Positions 1 through 10,064 are shown, numbered from the stretch's first letter. The stretch is DNA of 11,347 bases from Candidatus Muiribacteriota bacterium (GCA_051747805.1 JBNJGP010000081.1:1-11347); one strand, 5' to 3'. A program made the numbers and translations. Notes: generated by a model not told the origin, from the sequence alone.

Positions 1-57
1 GAATTATATAAAAACGAACTTTTAAGTGAGTTTACTTTAAAGTAAGTGTGGGACAAT

Positions 58-90
58 AACTGCTCTTAAAAGCGGGTTTTTGTGATTTTT
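58..90 (+). terminator. Possible weak intrinsic terminator for a convergent plus-strand gene outside the window
   Basis: Stem CTGCT (60-64), loop CTTAAA, AGCGG (71-75, one G-U pair), followed by GTTTTTGTGATTTTT. The stem is short. Confidence 0.25.
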
Positions 91-163
91 GAAGTAATAC
101 AATTTTAAGCTGACAAGAGCCGATGAGAGCCGTGAGAAGTAAGACGGAAATAATTACATAAAT

Positions 164-2434
164 TCACTTTGCTCCAGTAACAGTAACACTATAGGAATTC
201 CCTTCAGTATCAATAATAAAAATCTCATTAGTTCCATTTTTAATACTATGGTAAAACAAATGATTATGAGATGTTTTATTAATTAATTCACCATTTAAAT
301 ACCAGAAAATTTCCGAATTACTTCTGGTGGAAGCAGCCTCGAATTTAACCTTTTGAATTTTACCCTCAATACCACGCGGGGCAAATATAGTTGATTCATC
401 ATCAGGATAAACAATTTCTATACTTTTATCCTGCCTACTTGAAGGACAATCAGGATTATGAACAGGTGAATTATCGGGATTATTCTTTGAATTTATTAAA
501 AACTGAGTAACAGCAGGAGGATAAATTAACCGGATTTCCTCTTTTCTTTTTCCTGTCCAACACCTTGAACAAACCTCGAATTCACGATTTTTGTCAACAA
601 TATATTTTGTATGATATGGGCATTCTGAAATTACGGGGAATTTATCCGGCACCTGAGCTTCTTTAATATTAATACAGTTAATTGAGGCTTTATACCCAGT
701 ATCAGAACAAATATTAATAGTTTTTGAGGAGGGTTCTTCAATTTTTTTATCAGTTTTGAGAGAATTAATTATATCAAAAAAAACTGCAGCCGATGCTTTA
801 GCTCCGGTAATTTCCGGGTTTCCTTCTCCCGTAAAATTACCAGACCACACACCAACAGTATATTCACCATTAAACCCTACTGCCCAGGAATCCCTGAAAC
901 CATTACTGGTTCCAGTTTTCCAGTAAATTTGCTTGGACATTTCGATTTTCTGAAGATAATAATCAATACCAGGCCTTTTAACTTTATTTAAAATATTATT
1001 AGTTAAATAAGCAGAAAAACTATCAAAAATCCTGCTTTTTGGATTACTTTTATCTTTAAGATAAGAAACTTTCTGTAATTGACCAAGGTTAAGCAATGAA
1101 TTGTAAAACTGAGTAACTTCAATTAATTTTCCCTCAACCCCTCCAGTCACCATACTTAAACCATATTCTGAGGGACTTCTGTGCAATGTAGTAATACCTG
1201 ATTTATTCAGCATATTATAAAAATTTTTAAATCCAAATTTATGCAGTAATCTAATTGCCGGAATATTTAATGAACTTGCAAGAGCCTCATCGGCATTAAC
1301 CACCCCTCTGAATTTACCATCAAAATTCTTTGGAACAAATCCTGAAAAAAAAGTAGGTATATCAAAAAGTACAGTTTCTGGAATAATAATTCCTTTATCT
1401 ATTGCAGAAGCATAAAGAACCGGCTTTAATATAGAACCCGTTGACCGAGGAGCTTGAACACCGTCAACCATTCCCTGATGTTCTTTATCCCAGTAGTCTC
1501 TGTTTCCAAAATATGATATAACCTGAGCCTCTTTATTTAAAACAACAACCGATAAATTATTTATCCCTCTTTTTTTTAGTCTATCACCGTATTTCTCTAT
1601 AGTTGGTTTTAATTTTTTCTGTTTAGACAAGTTAATAGAAGTATTAATAATTTGACTTTCCGTTCTTTTAGTTAAAAAATCACATAAATGTGGAGCATAA
1701 AATGGAAAATCAAAAGTTTCTGAATTCATTTTTTCTTCTTTTGATAGAGAATAAATGTTGTGATTAATAATATCTTTTTTATATAAATCGTTGAGTAAAT
1801 TATTTTTCTTATCAATAAGTTTATGCTGTCTTTTTTCTGGTGTTATAATTTTAGGACTATTAGGTAAAACTGCAAGTATTGCAGCTTCATTCCAGGTTAA
1901 ATTTTTGGCATTCTTACCAAAATATCGAAAGGCGGCAGCTTTGTATCCCCGTATATTACCACCATATGGAGCATGATTAACATATATTCTTAATAATTCA
2001 TCTTTTGTATACTTAAACTCAAGCTTTATTGCCTCTATTATTTCAATGAATTTATTTATAAAAGTTCTTTTTCTGTTAGAACTCATTCTTGCAATCTGCA
2101 TAGTAATAGTAGATGCACCGCTTATTATTTCACCATGTTTAACATTCAAATAAAGGGAACGTAAAACAGCAAGCAAATCAACTCCAAAATGAGAATAAAA
2201 ACGTTTATCCTCAAAAGTTAAAATTGCTTTGACAAAATTTTCAGGAAGTTTGTGATTTTCTGGTGGAAAAATATACTGTTCATTAGAGTTCATATAAACA
2301 CGCAAATATTTACTGTTTTCATCTAAAACAATTGTTGAGTAATTATTTTCAAAAGACGGAACCGGAATCAAAATAAATATAAGAATAATTATAAAGCATA
2401 AAGAAAAAAATGTGTAAATTAAATACTTTTTCAT
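164..2434 (-). CDS. pbpC: Penicillin-binding protein 1C (bifunctional transglycosylase/transpeptidase)
   Basis: 756 aa ORF. It has an N-terminal TM anchor, GT51 motifs EDKRFYSHFGVD and GASTITMQ, and transpeptidase motifs SILK (SxxK), SLN (SxN) and KTGTS. The C-terminal Ig-like PBP1C tail includes IEIVYP and FWYLNG. It lies directly downstream of an alpha-2-macroglobulin gene (ATGA overlap at 2431-2434), the classic yfhM-pbpC arrangement. Confidence 0.95.
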   Translation of the reverse strand: MKKYLIYTFFSLCFIIILIFILIPVPSFENNYSTIVLDENSKYLRVYMNSNEQYIFPPENHKLPENFVKAILTFEDKRFYSHFGVDLLAVLRSLYLNVKHGEIISGASTITMQIARMSSNRKRTFINKFIEIIEAIKLEFKYTKDELLRIYVNHAPYGGNIRGYKAAAFRYFGKNAKNLTWNEAAILAVLPNSPKIITPEKRQHKLIDKKNNLLNDLYKKDIINHNIYSLSKEEKMNSETFDFPFYAPHLCDFLTKRTESQIINTSINLSKQKKLKPTIEKYGDRLKKRGINNLSVVVLNKEAQVISYFGNRDYWDKEHQGMVDGVQAPRSTGSILKPVLYASAIDKGIIIPETVLFDIPTFFSGFVPKNFDGKFRGVVNADEALASSLNIPAIRLLHKFGFKNFYNMLNKSGITTLHRSPSEYGLSMVTGGVEGKLIEVTQFYNSLLNLGQLQKVSYLKDKSNPKSRIFDSFSAYLTNNILNKVKRPGIDYYLQKIEMSKQIYWKTGTSNGFRDSWAVGFNGEYTVGVWSGNFTGEGNPEITGAKASAAVFFDIINSLKTDKKIEEPSSKTINICSDTGYKASINCINIKEAQVPDKFPVISECPYHTKYIVDKNREFEVCSRCWTGKRKEEIRLIYPPAVTQFLINSKNNPDNSPVHNPDCPSSRQDKSIEIVYPDDESTIFAPRGIEGKIQKVKFEAASTRSNSEIFWYLNGELINKTSHNHLFYHSIKNGTNEIFIIDTEGNSYSVTVTGAK

Positions 2435-5400
2435 TTTTCAATTTCTAAATTATTCTCAAATTTAAATATTGCATTAACTTCTGGTGAATACATTGCCTCA
2501 ACGGTAGTAGGAGGAATAAAAAATTTCCCTGGAGTAACAGGATTTACTTTGAGCAAAAAATGAGCTTTTTTATTTGCCTCTAAATCAAAATAATAAATAA
2601 CCCTGTCATCTCTTAAATCCATAAATGTTTCACTTCCTAGATTATAATTTTTGGCAAAAGCTGGAATATCTTCATTATATAAACGCGGGTTTACAGCTTC
2701 AATTCCTGATGGTAAAATTTGCATCAATGCAACTTCAGATAAATCTATATTTTCAGGATTGACTACTTCAAAAAGAATATAATGATATTGAGTCTGTTTT
2801 AAATGTTTATTTAAACTTACAATCTGCCCATTAGAATCAAGAAACTTTACTTTTAAATCAATATTATTGTTTACAGATCTGATATCTTCAGCATTAAGCG
2901 GAATTCCTTGCCAGTTAACAGAGGCATAAAAATCATCTTCTCCATCAAGATTTAGTTTTACCCCATTTTTTATATATTCCTCAGGTATATTAAAATTTAC
3001 AACTGGTTTAAAAGAATAAATTTCTTCATCAATATCTTTATCAAAAATCAATCGTCCTGAAATCAGTGTAGCCTGCGAAGAGTCCCTTAAAAAACTTGAA
3101 ACACCCATTAACATAAAAGCCAGCGTTTGAGGTGAAAATCTTTTTTCTGAATTAACTTCTGAAACAATCTGTTCAAAATATTTACGACCCTTTTCCCGAC
3201 GGTTAGTATTTGAATAAATCGACAGCACAAGAGATAAATTTCTGTTTTTAGAGCCGAAGTTTGAAACCTGAAATTCATCCATAAAACTGGATTTTTTATT
3301 GAAAATTTCACTTGCAATATCAGTTCGTCCATAATTATAAAAAGCACCAGCAAGAAGTGTTTTTTGAACATAGCTCAGTTTGTCTAAATAATTTTGATAA
3401 AGTAAATTCATTTCACCTGTGAAAAAATTTTTTGAAAGTGATGAAACAAATACTCTATATACTCTCTGCGTTAAATCGCCTTTTGAGTTTCTTGCCTGAA
3501 TTTTTTCATAATTAACCCAGTGATTAAATAAATCGTCCGGAACAAAGTAACCATTATTTCTGGCCTCAGTTAAAAAATGTCCGGCATATGTTGTTACCCA
3601 GGAATGAGATGAATTTCTTCCCGGCCACATGGAAAAACCCCCATTTGAAACAATAAATTTCCTTAATCTTGAAATTGCCTGGTCAACACGTTTTTCCAGC
3701 TGTCTCTGTTTTAAAGAGCCCATTTCTAAAATAGAGGGAATATAAATATTATTAAAAACTGAGGATACAGTCTGCTCAAGACAGCCAAAAGGATAATTAA
3801 GCAGATATTGTAATCTGTGTTCTAATTTCACAGGAGTAGTTCTAAATATCGAAATAGAGGCATTAGTTGAACCTTCGACACCTTCATATGGAAATTCTAT
3901 AGAATTCTGAATTTCACTTTTTATTTTTTTTATGTTTGATTCTGATATAAATGGAAGCTGTGGTCTTATATCTATTTCAGTTTTGCTGACAAACTCTGCC
4001 TGGGAACTTTCTGCCTTTATTTTAACTTGTTCGGCTCCAGTTTTATTTAACACTTTAAAATCTACCCAGAGCGTTTTGGAAGATTCTGGCTCCAACTGAA
4101 CTTTATAATGACTTTTTGCAGGTTTAAGAAAATGGGTAGTTTTAATATAAATATCAACATCTCCCTTAACATTTTCATTTGTTGAAAAAATATTAATTGC
4201 AGCCTTAAACTCATCCCCGGGACTAAGCACTCTAGGAAAAGATGGCAACACCATTAAATCATCTTTAACCGGTTCAATTTTACTGGAGCTCCCGTAGGAA
4301 TTTCCAGAAACAGCTACAACTGTAAGCCTAACAGCCCCAGAATAATCAGGCATTTTCATATTAATACTGGCTCTGCCATTATCGTCTGTTTTGATAATTC
4401 CTGAATGTAAAACAACAGGTTCAAATCTCTGGGCCTGTGTATCTAAAAGACGGCGTTCCCTTGAATCCGGCTCATCGCCTCCTCCAAAAGTAAATACTCT
4501 GTCAGGTTTTAATTCATAAGGAATAATAACGTCTTTTAATGTATCATGAAGAGAGGACTGAAAACTTCTTTTTCTAAAAAAATACTTCCAGGGATCTGGA
4601 ACTTTTTCGTTTGTGATTGAATGAAGTCCCTCATCAACAACAGCCAGAGTGAGCTGTGAAGGTTTATCGAGATTGACATCAACAGTGAATTCTTCTCCGG
4701 GTTTAATTTCATCTTTTATATTAATTTGGGGATTTAAAACAGTCTTATTATCAACAACATTTATATTTGAAAGTCCAAATAATCTAAGTGGCAGATCATT
4801 TTCCTTATTATTTAACGGATTAAGAAAAATAGCCCCTAAATATGTGTTTGGAACCATATCTTCGGTAATATCAATTTCAATAAATTCTTTTACAGTTTCA
4901 ATATTGATGAATTTTTTATAAACTATCTTTCCTTCATTTTCTGCAAAAATTATAATTTTCCCGTTTTCTGGAGCAACAACAGATAATCTGGCTTTTTCGC
5001 CAACTTCATAATCAGTTTTATCAGTTCCAATTTCAATAATTGACGAATCCTCTCTTACTGTATGACCCCATGTATAAGCAGTGAAAAATTCACTTGTTTT
5101 ATGAGAACCATTTTTATCTTCTAATTCAATCAGATAATGACCCCAGGTTGAAGGAGTAAAAAAGAGACTTTCAGGTTTTATTCCCGAAATAAATTCACCC
5201 TCTTTTACAAGCTCAGTAGAAGGAGATTTTCTGAAATTTTTTCTAAACTTGTTCTCAGAGTCATAATCATACCACCACCATTGCTGCTGTTTATATATTC
5301 TATAAGTCATTTCCCTTCCACTAACAGGAAGACCTGAATTATCCAGTAGTATAAATTCAAATTCAACTTCATCATCCTGTTTAAAATTATCATTTCCCGG

Positions 5401-7770
5401 AATTTTAATTCCAGCGTAATAATTATGAAAATCTACCGGAATCAGTTTTTGTGCTTTTACATTCCTTCCGCCTTCTTCAAAAACCTTTCCCTCTATCTTA
5501 AGCAAAGTTGAAGACGGCACATTTTCAGGAAAATTCAGAGGGAGTTTATATTCTGCCTCATTATTTTCATCTATTCTAACACCATGCCACTCAGAACGCT
5601 GCTTAGAAAAAGAACTTGTTTTATCTCTGAAAGTAAAATGACGGTAGTCCTCAAATTTTTTATTAAAATCAATAAATTCAATACCGGCCTCGGTTTTCAG
5701 AAAAGCTGCTGAGGCTCCGCTTAAATATTCTGATTCTAGAGAAAAAGTGAAATTTTCATCTTTCCTTGTTAGTTTATCAAAATCAGTTTGAATATCCAGA
5801 GATAATCTATGAGGAACAATTGTTTCTATACGCAAATCATGAACAAATTCGGCCGGTCCTGCCGAAACCTGGGCGCGCCAAATACCCGTGGGAGCATTGT
5901 TTTCTGTTTCTATTTCAAAAAAATAAAAACCATCCTCTACTTTGTTTTTGGTTGTTTTAATAACCCTGCGATTGAGAGAATCATATACAGTTAATGTCAC
6001 AGGGTGGTTTTCAGGAAATGAATTATTATTATTTCTTAAAACAGCATTTAAGTATATAGTATCCCCAGGACGATGAACTTCTCTATCAGTATATATAAAA
6101 CAATTAGTTTTTGAATCCTCTTCAGTACCAGAAATATCAAAATTAGATAAATCCATAGCTGAATCAGTAAATTTTAAAATAGTTTGAACATTATCTTTAA
6201 TACCGGAAATATAAAAACCTTTATCAGAATTAAAAACAGCCTTTCCATTTCTATTTGTATATACACTTTCAATCAGTTGATTCTGATAACTATATAGTTC
6301 AAGTTTAACACCTGAAAGACTTCTACCAGTGTTCACATCCATAACAAAGGCATGTATCTTATTTCTGGCTTTAATTGCACTTATTGCAAAATCAGAAAAA
6401 ATTACAGGTTTTGAACATGCTCCATAATGTTTTTTCTCTACAAGAGTGGCTTTATCTTGATAATCATTAAATTGAAGTTCTACAATGTAAATTCCCTCAT
6501 AGTCAGAAAGTTCTGGCAGGCTAACACTGCCTGTGAACCATTCGTTTTTTTGCTCATTTAAAGTGACTTCTTTTTCAAAAACTGTTTTTCCAGTTCTTCG
6601 AACATTATACGTATAATTGGAACCAGCACTTCCTTTAAATCGTGCATTTTGAAGAAAAAATGTTAGATTATCTGAAAATACTTTTTTAATTCTTAAATTA
6701 ACCTTTTTTACATTAATTGACTTAAAGCCGATTTCGGTATCATAGGCTGATGATTTATATATTCCATCATCAATAAAATTTATCTGTGGTGAGATATCTG
6801 GAAGTTCAATATTTGCATTAAATTTTTGTTTCTTTCTATTTCCTGATTTACCTTTAATTCCCTCCATTACATTAATCTTATATTTTTTGCCGGGTTTAAA
6901 GTTTCCTTCAAGATAAAGCTGAGCCCCTCTGTGATTTATATTAAAATCCAGATATGGTTCGATTTTTACATATCCATCAAAATCAGAAGATTCAAGCGGT
7001 TGATTAAAAGTAATTTTAACTCCATAATCTTCATTTATAGAAGTATGAGAAATATTAATAACTTTAACCTCTTTATCACCAGGTAGTGATAAATTACGTG
7101 AGAAATCTTCTAAAATATTTAAATTTTGATTTTCAATTGTAAAGGAAAAATCTTTAGTCTCACCTGTTTTTTTGATAGTTTCTGAATCAATAATAAATTC
7201 CTTATCATTTTTATTTTCTTTTACAAAAAACTTTAAATTTCTGCTGTCATATTTTATAAATAAATTATTTAAAAGCGATTTTACATCGATTTTTGAATCA
7301 AATTTTAAATGAAATCTCAGAAATTGAAGATTATCCACGTTCAAAAAAGCATCAGAAAGCTTTTTGTGTCCAGAGGCGGGAAGAATTTCCCAGTTAAAAA
7401 CGTTAATTTTATTTTCAGGTATAATGAAGTTATTAGTATATTGTTTTAATGAATTATCTCCAAAAATATTCTGAAGATTAACCTGATACGAGTAAGTCTG
7501 ACCATTTTTAAATTTCAAATCAGGAATAAAGGCCAGCGTTTGCATATTAATTTTTTCAATAGAACCGTTTACCCGCGGATAAACAGTTATTAACTGCTCT
7601 GGTTTTTTAGAATCAACTTCAATATTTACGGGCTCTGAAAATCTTATTACAATAGCCTGATTACTGGAAATTAACCCCTCAGTAGAATGGGTAACATAAG
7701 GAGTTTGGGCTGATACTAAAAAACTGCACACCATTAAAAAAATAATAAAATAAACTTTGAATTTAAACAT
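2431..7770 (-). CDS. yfhM: Bacterial alpha-2-macroglobulin (YfhM family protease trap)
   Basis: 1779 aa ORF with an N-terminal signal peptide. Recognisable motifs are FIYTDREVHRPGD (MG domain), TLAVVDEG, MPDYSGAVRL, thioester YPFGCLEQ (CLEQ at 3772-3783), and C-terminal DLRDDRV and VTPGKF..PP..VEAMY. GGAGG lies at 7775-7779 on the minus strand. Confidence 0.95.
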   Translation of the reverse strand: MFKFKVYFIIFLMVCSFLVSAQTPYVTHSTEGLISSNQAIVIRFSEPVNIEVDSKKPEQLITVYPRVNGSIEKINMQTLAFIPDLKFKNGQTYSYQVNLQNIFGDNSLKQYTNNFIIPENKINVFNWEILPASGHKKLSDAFLNVDNLQFLRFHLKFDSKIDVKSLLNNLFIKYDSRNLKFFVKENKNDKEFIIDSETIKKTGETKDFSFTIENQNLNILEDFSRNLSLPGDKEVKVINISHTSINEDYGVKITFNQPLESSDFDGYVKIEPYLDFNINHRGAQLYLEGNFKPGKKYKINVMEGIKGKSGNRKKQKFNANIELPDISPQINFIDDGIYKSSAYDTEIGFKSINVKKVNLRIKKVFSDNLTFFLQNARFKGSAGSNYTYNVRRTGKTVFEKEVTLNEQKNEWFTGSVSLPELSDYEGIYIVELQFNDYQDKATLVEKKHYGACSKPVIFSDFAISAIKARNKIHAFVMDVNTGRSLSGVKLELYSYQNQLIESVYTNRNGKAVFNSDKGFYISGIKDNVQTILKFTDSAMDLSNFDISGTEEDSKTNCFIYTDREVHRPGDTIYLNAVLRNNNNSFPENHPVTLTVYDSLNRRVIKTTKNKVEDGFYFFEIETENNAPTGIWRAQVSAGPAEFVHDLRIETIVPHRLSLDIQTDFDKLTRKDENFTFSLESEYLSGASAAFLKTEAGIEFIDFNKKFEDYRHFTFRDKTSSFSKQRSEWHGVRIDENNEAEYKLPLNFPENVPSSTLLKIEGKVFEEGGRNVKAQKLIPVDFHNYYAGIKIPGNDNFKQDDEVEFEFILLDNSGLPVSGREMTYRIYKQQQWWWYDYDSENKFRKNFRKSPSTELVKEGEFISGIKPESLFFTPSTWGHYLIELEDKNGSHKTSEFFTAYTWGHTVREDSSIIEIGTDKTDYEVGEKARLSVVAPENGKIIIFAENEGKIVYKKFINIETVKEFIEIDITEDMVPNTYLGAIFLNPLNNKENDLPLRLFGLSNINVVDNKTVLNPQINIKDEIKPGEEFTVDVNLDKPSQLTLAVVDEGLHSITNEKVPDPWKYFFRKRSFQSSLHDTLKDVIIPYELKPDRVFTFGGGDEPDSRERRLLDTQAQRFEPVVLHSGIIKTDDNGRASINMKMPDYSGAVRLTVVAVSGNSYGSSSKIEPVKDDLMVLPSFPRVLSPGDEFKAAINIFSTNENVKGDVDIYIKTTHFLKPAKSHYKVQLEPESSKTLWVDFKVLNKTGAEQVKIKAESSQAEFVSKTEIDIRPQLPFISESNIKKIKSEIQNSIEFPYEGVEGSTNASISIFRTTPVKLEHRLQYLLNYPFGCLEQTVSSVFNNIYIPSILEMGSLKQRQLEKRVDQAISRLRKFIVSNGGFSMWPGRNSSHSWVTTYAGHFLTEARNNGYFVPDDLFNHWVNYEKIQARNSKGDLTQRVYRVFVSSLSKNFFTGEMNLLYQNYLDKLSYVQKTLLAGAFYNYGRTDIASEIFNKKSSFMDEFQVSNFGSKNRNLSLVLSIYSNTNRREKGRKYFEQIVSEVNSEKRFSPQTLAFMLMGVSSFLRDSSQATLISGRLIFDKDIDEEIYSFKPVVNFNIPEEYIKNGVKLNLDGEDDFYASVNWQGIPLNAEDIRSVNNNIDLKVKFLDSNGQIVSLNKHLKQTQYHYILFEVVNPENIDLSEVALMQILPSGIEAVNPRLYNEDIPAFAKNYNLGSETFMDLRDDRVIYYFDLEANKKAHFLLKVNPVTPGKFFIPPTTVEAMYSPEVNAIFKFENNLEIEK

Positions 7771-9134
7771 TAAACCTCCATAGAACCATAAAAATCATTT
7801 AACATTGAAATATATAATAAAAAATTTATTTTTTCATGCGCAAATAATGAATCGAATTTTTGAAATAAAACATCATTATCTACAGCTTGAAACAAATTTT
7901 TAATTTTTTTAATTTTTTCATAAAAAATCATGTTTACTAAATCTTTTTCTTTTTTTAAAATAAAATTCTGATCCACCTCAAATGTTTTTTTTTCTTTAGC
8001 CCATAATCGTACAGGCAAAAAATTCCTACCCCATAATCTAAGGGAATATTCAGCAATACCGTTATTTGCAATAAGGTCTTCTGGCATTGAAAGCACTGTT
8101 TTAAAAAATTGTCGGCTGGAAAAAGGCATATATCGATTAATTTGACTTGTTAACCTGGAATTGTTTTCCATCAGTGAAAGTTGAAGTGGCACCTGATGAA
8201 ACTCATTTACCCATTGAATTTTACCTTTTAAACTTTCATAATCAAATGGCTTCATAGTATTTTCAATTGTATCCCATATAGTCTCGACAGGGAATAAATT
8301 TTTTAAAAATCCAAGTTTAAACATTGAATATTTATTTAAATAATAATCAACATCTTTCATATTGTTTTTTTCCTCAAATAGATAGGCTGCAGTAAGTTCA
8401 TCTGAGCCGTGACCATTAACTATCGAAGAACATCCAAGTTTTAATGCGTCCTGACAATGAAACAAATCATCAATAGTTCCAGGACATACATACGGATTAA
8501 AATAATTATAATTCCTGAGTGTTTCTAAATAAATTCTGGGGTCAAGATAAATTAGATTTTGCTTAAACTCTTTGAAACCATTAAAAAATTTCATTCCGGA
8601 GCTGACATCTTTTAAATCATTTTTAGTATAAATAGACGAGCCGGCAATAGTTTCTTTCTCTTTTAAAAAATAAAATGTTATTGAAGAATCAACACCACCT
8701 GAATACATGTGATAAGGTTTATTCCCAGTATTTTTAAGATCATTTATAAAAACTTTATCTAAACGATATATTAATTCCCGTATTTTTAATAATTTATTAT
8801 TACTTTTGCAAACCCTCTCTACTTTTATTTCATCATTTAAAATATAAACCTTTGAATTAAGGGGTAAAGGGGTGATACTTTCAAATATACTGTAGGGATA
8901 AAGATTTGCCTGAAAAACCGCAAGTTGAATAATTCCATTTAAAGAAATTCCAGTTTTTGCAATTTTTCGAAGAAATCTAATATTATCGCTTATAAAAAAG
9001 TATTTGCCGTCATGAAAGTAATAGCACTGTCTTTCGGGATATCCATCAACAAAAATTGTATTACCCTCTTTTTTTATCCCTTTAATGTTAAAATTAAAAT
9101 TTTGATAATCAGGATGATTTGAAATTAAGTTCAA
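7770..9134 (-). CDS. Asparagine synthetase-like ATP pyrophosphatase (Asn_synthase domain, degenerate glutaminase domain)
   Basis: 454 aa ORF with a TTG start and GGGAG upstream. It has a PP-loop SGGVDSS (8682-8702), NGHGSDEL (cf. GxGxDE), RYMPF..F...LSMP (cf. RxPF) and LR....FLP....KEKKTF. There is no N-terminal nucleophile Cys, only a remnant resembling the RDxxGxxPLYY segment (VDGYPERQCYY). Confidence 0.85.
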   Translation of the reverse strand: MNLISNHPDYQNFNFNIKGIKKEGNTIFVDGYPERQCYYFHDGKYFFISDNIRFLRKIAKTGISLNGIIQLAVFQANLYPYSIFESITPLPLNSKVYILNDEIKVERVCKSNNKLLKIRELIYRLDKVFINDLKNTGNKPYHMYSGGVDSSITFYFLKEKETIAGSSIYTKNDLKDVSSGMKFFNGFKEFKQNLIYLDPRIYLETLRNYNYFNPYVCPGTIDDLFHCQDALKLGCSSIVNGHGSDELTAAYLFEEKNNMKDVDYYLNKYSMFKLGFLKNLFPVETIWDTIENTMKPFDYESLKGKIQWVNEFHQVPLQLSLMENNSRLTSQINRYMPFSSRQFFKTVLSMPEDLIANNGIAEYSLRLWGRNFLPVRLWAKEKKTFEVDQNFILKKEKDLVNMIFYEKIKKIKNLFQAVDNDVLFQKFDSLFAHEKINFLLYISMLNDFYGSMEV

Positions 9135-9136
9135 GC

Positions 9137-9952
9137 TTATTCTCCCGAATAAAATTTTTCTTTAAGGTTTTTAATTCTTTTGAATTCTCCTATATCACTG
9201 GTCATTTCAAGACAGTAAAGATAGTCGTTGAATAAATATTCATTCTGCTTTTTGGAAAAATCAATTTTTTTATAATAATAACAGGCTTTTTTAAATTCTT
9301 CTTTCATTTTATAAATATAACCAAAATTAGATAAATCAAATTCATTCAAAACAAAGAGTTTTTCAATTTTCATTAATTTTTCCAGAGCCTTATTAAGATT
9401 ATTATTTTTCAGAAACCTGACATAACTCTTTCTTAAAAAAATTAGATTCGGCTCAAAATTTTCTTCCAGATAATCATAAAAATACTGTCCATATTGTTCA
9501 AACCCCGCATCAAAAAAAAGCTCTGAATTTTCAATATAATAATTATCCAGATGCAGGATTAATCTTCCCTGCGGATTTAACAGGTTCTGATGCAATTTTT
9601 TAAATACAGGAATTTTGCAAAAATATTTAGAAAAAATTTTATCATCATCATTAATTTTAACGTTTTCATTAAGAGGAATTTCAATATATTCAGCCTCAGG
9701 ATAAATATTTAAAAGATTATAAACTTTATACTCTCTTACAAAATCTATATCATTATTTGGGGTTTTATAAGCATTATCGCATTGATAAATAATATTATTA
9801 TGTGCATAATAAAAAGAAAATTCTTCACAAATTTCTGTTTCAGGATTAAAGAAATGTCCTTGAACCCCGATTATAAAGAGTTTTTCAGGAAATTTAAGCT
9901 GATATTCTCTTGCCGTAAAAAGTGCTTTATTAATATCAGTTTTCTTTTTCAT
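9137..9952 (-). CDS. Hypothetical protein with C-terminal TPR-like helices
   Basis: 271 aa ORF with an ATG start, ending 2 nt before the next gene. The segment DLSNFGYIYKMKEEFKKACYYYKKI fits the TPR pattern. The N-terminal half is not recognised. Confidence 0.7.
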   Translation of the reverse strand: MKKKTDINKALFTAREYQLKFPEKLFIIGVQGHFFNPETEICEEFSFYYAHNNIIYQCDNAYKTPNNDIDFVREYKVYNLLNIYPEAEYIEIPLNENVKINDDDKIFSKYFCKIPVFKKLHQNLLNPQGRLILHLDNYYIENSELFFDAGFEQYGQYFYDYLEENFEPNLIFLRKSYVRFLKNNNLNKALEKLMKIEKLFVLNEFDLSNFGYIYKMKEEFKKACYYYKKIDFSKKQNEYLFNDYLYCLEMTSDIGEFKRIKNLKEKFYSGE

Positions 9953-9958
9953 AAAAAT

Positions 9959-9967
9959 ATTTTATCA
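9959..9967 (-). promoter_or_regulatory. Putative extended -10 promoter for the four-gene operon
   Basis: The minus strand reads TG-A-TAAAAT (9967-9959), then 6 nt, then the ATG at 9952. There is no Shine-Dalgarno sequence before this ATG. Confidence 0.5.
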
Positions 9968-10064
9968 TAAAAAAAATGAAAATGAAAATATTACAAAAGA
10001 AGTCCAGCAATTCTCAGTGAAAATAGAGAAAATCCTTGATTTGATGTGGTCAGGCCGACATAAA

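Noticed and set aside
32..45. Perfect 14 bp palindrome TTACTTTAAAGTAA
   Set aside because: It is a single AT-rich palindrome downstream of pbpC with no associated promoter or second copy, so no function can be supported.
1791..5994. Short ORFs 1791-1976, 3108-3371, 4649-4921, 5766-5960 and 5809-5994
   Set aside because: They are antisense or alternate-frame ORFs inside well-supported pbpC and alpha-2-macroglobulin genes, with no recognisable motifs.
7770..9952. Lasso peptide B/C gene pair (IIGV in the 271 aa protein faintly recalls the lasso leader peptidase)
   Set aside because: There is no correctly placed catalytic Cys or HAW motif. No RRE/PqqD gene, precursor or transporter is visible in the window.
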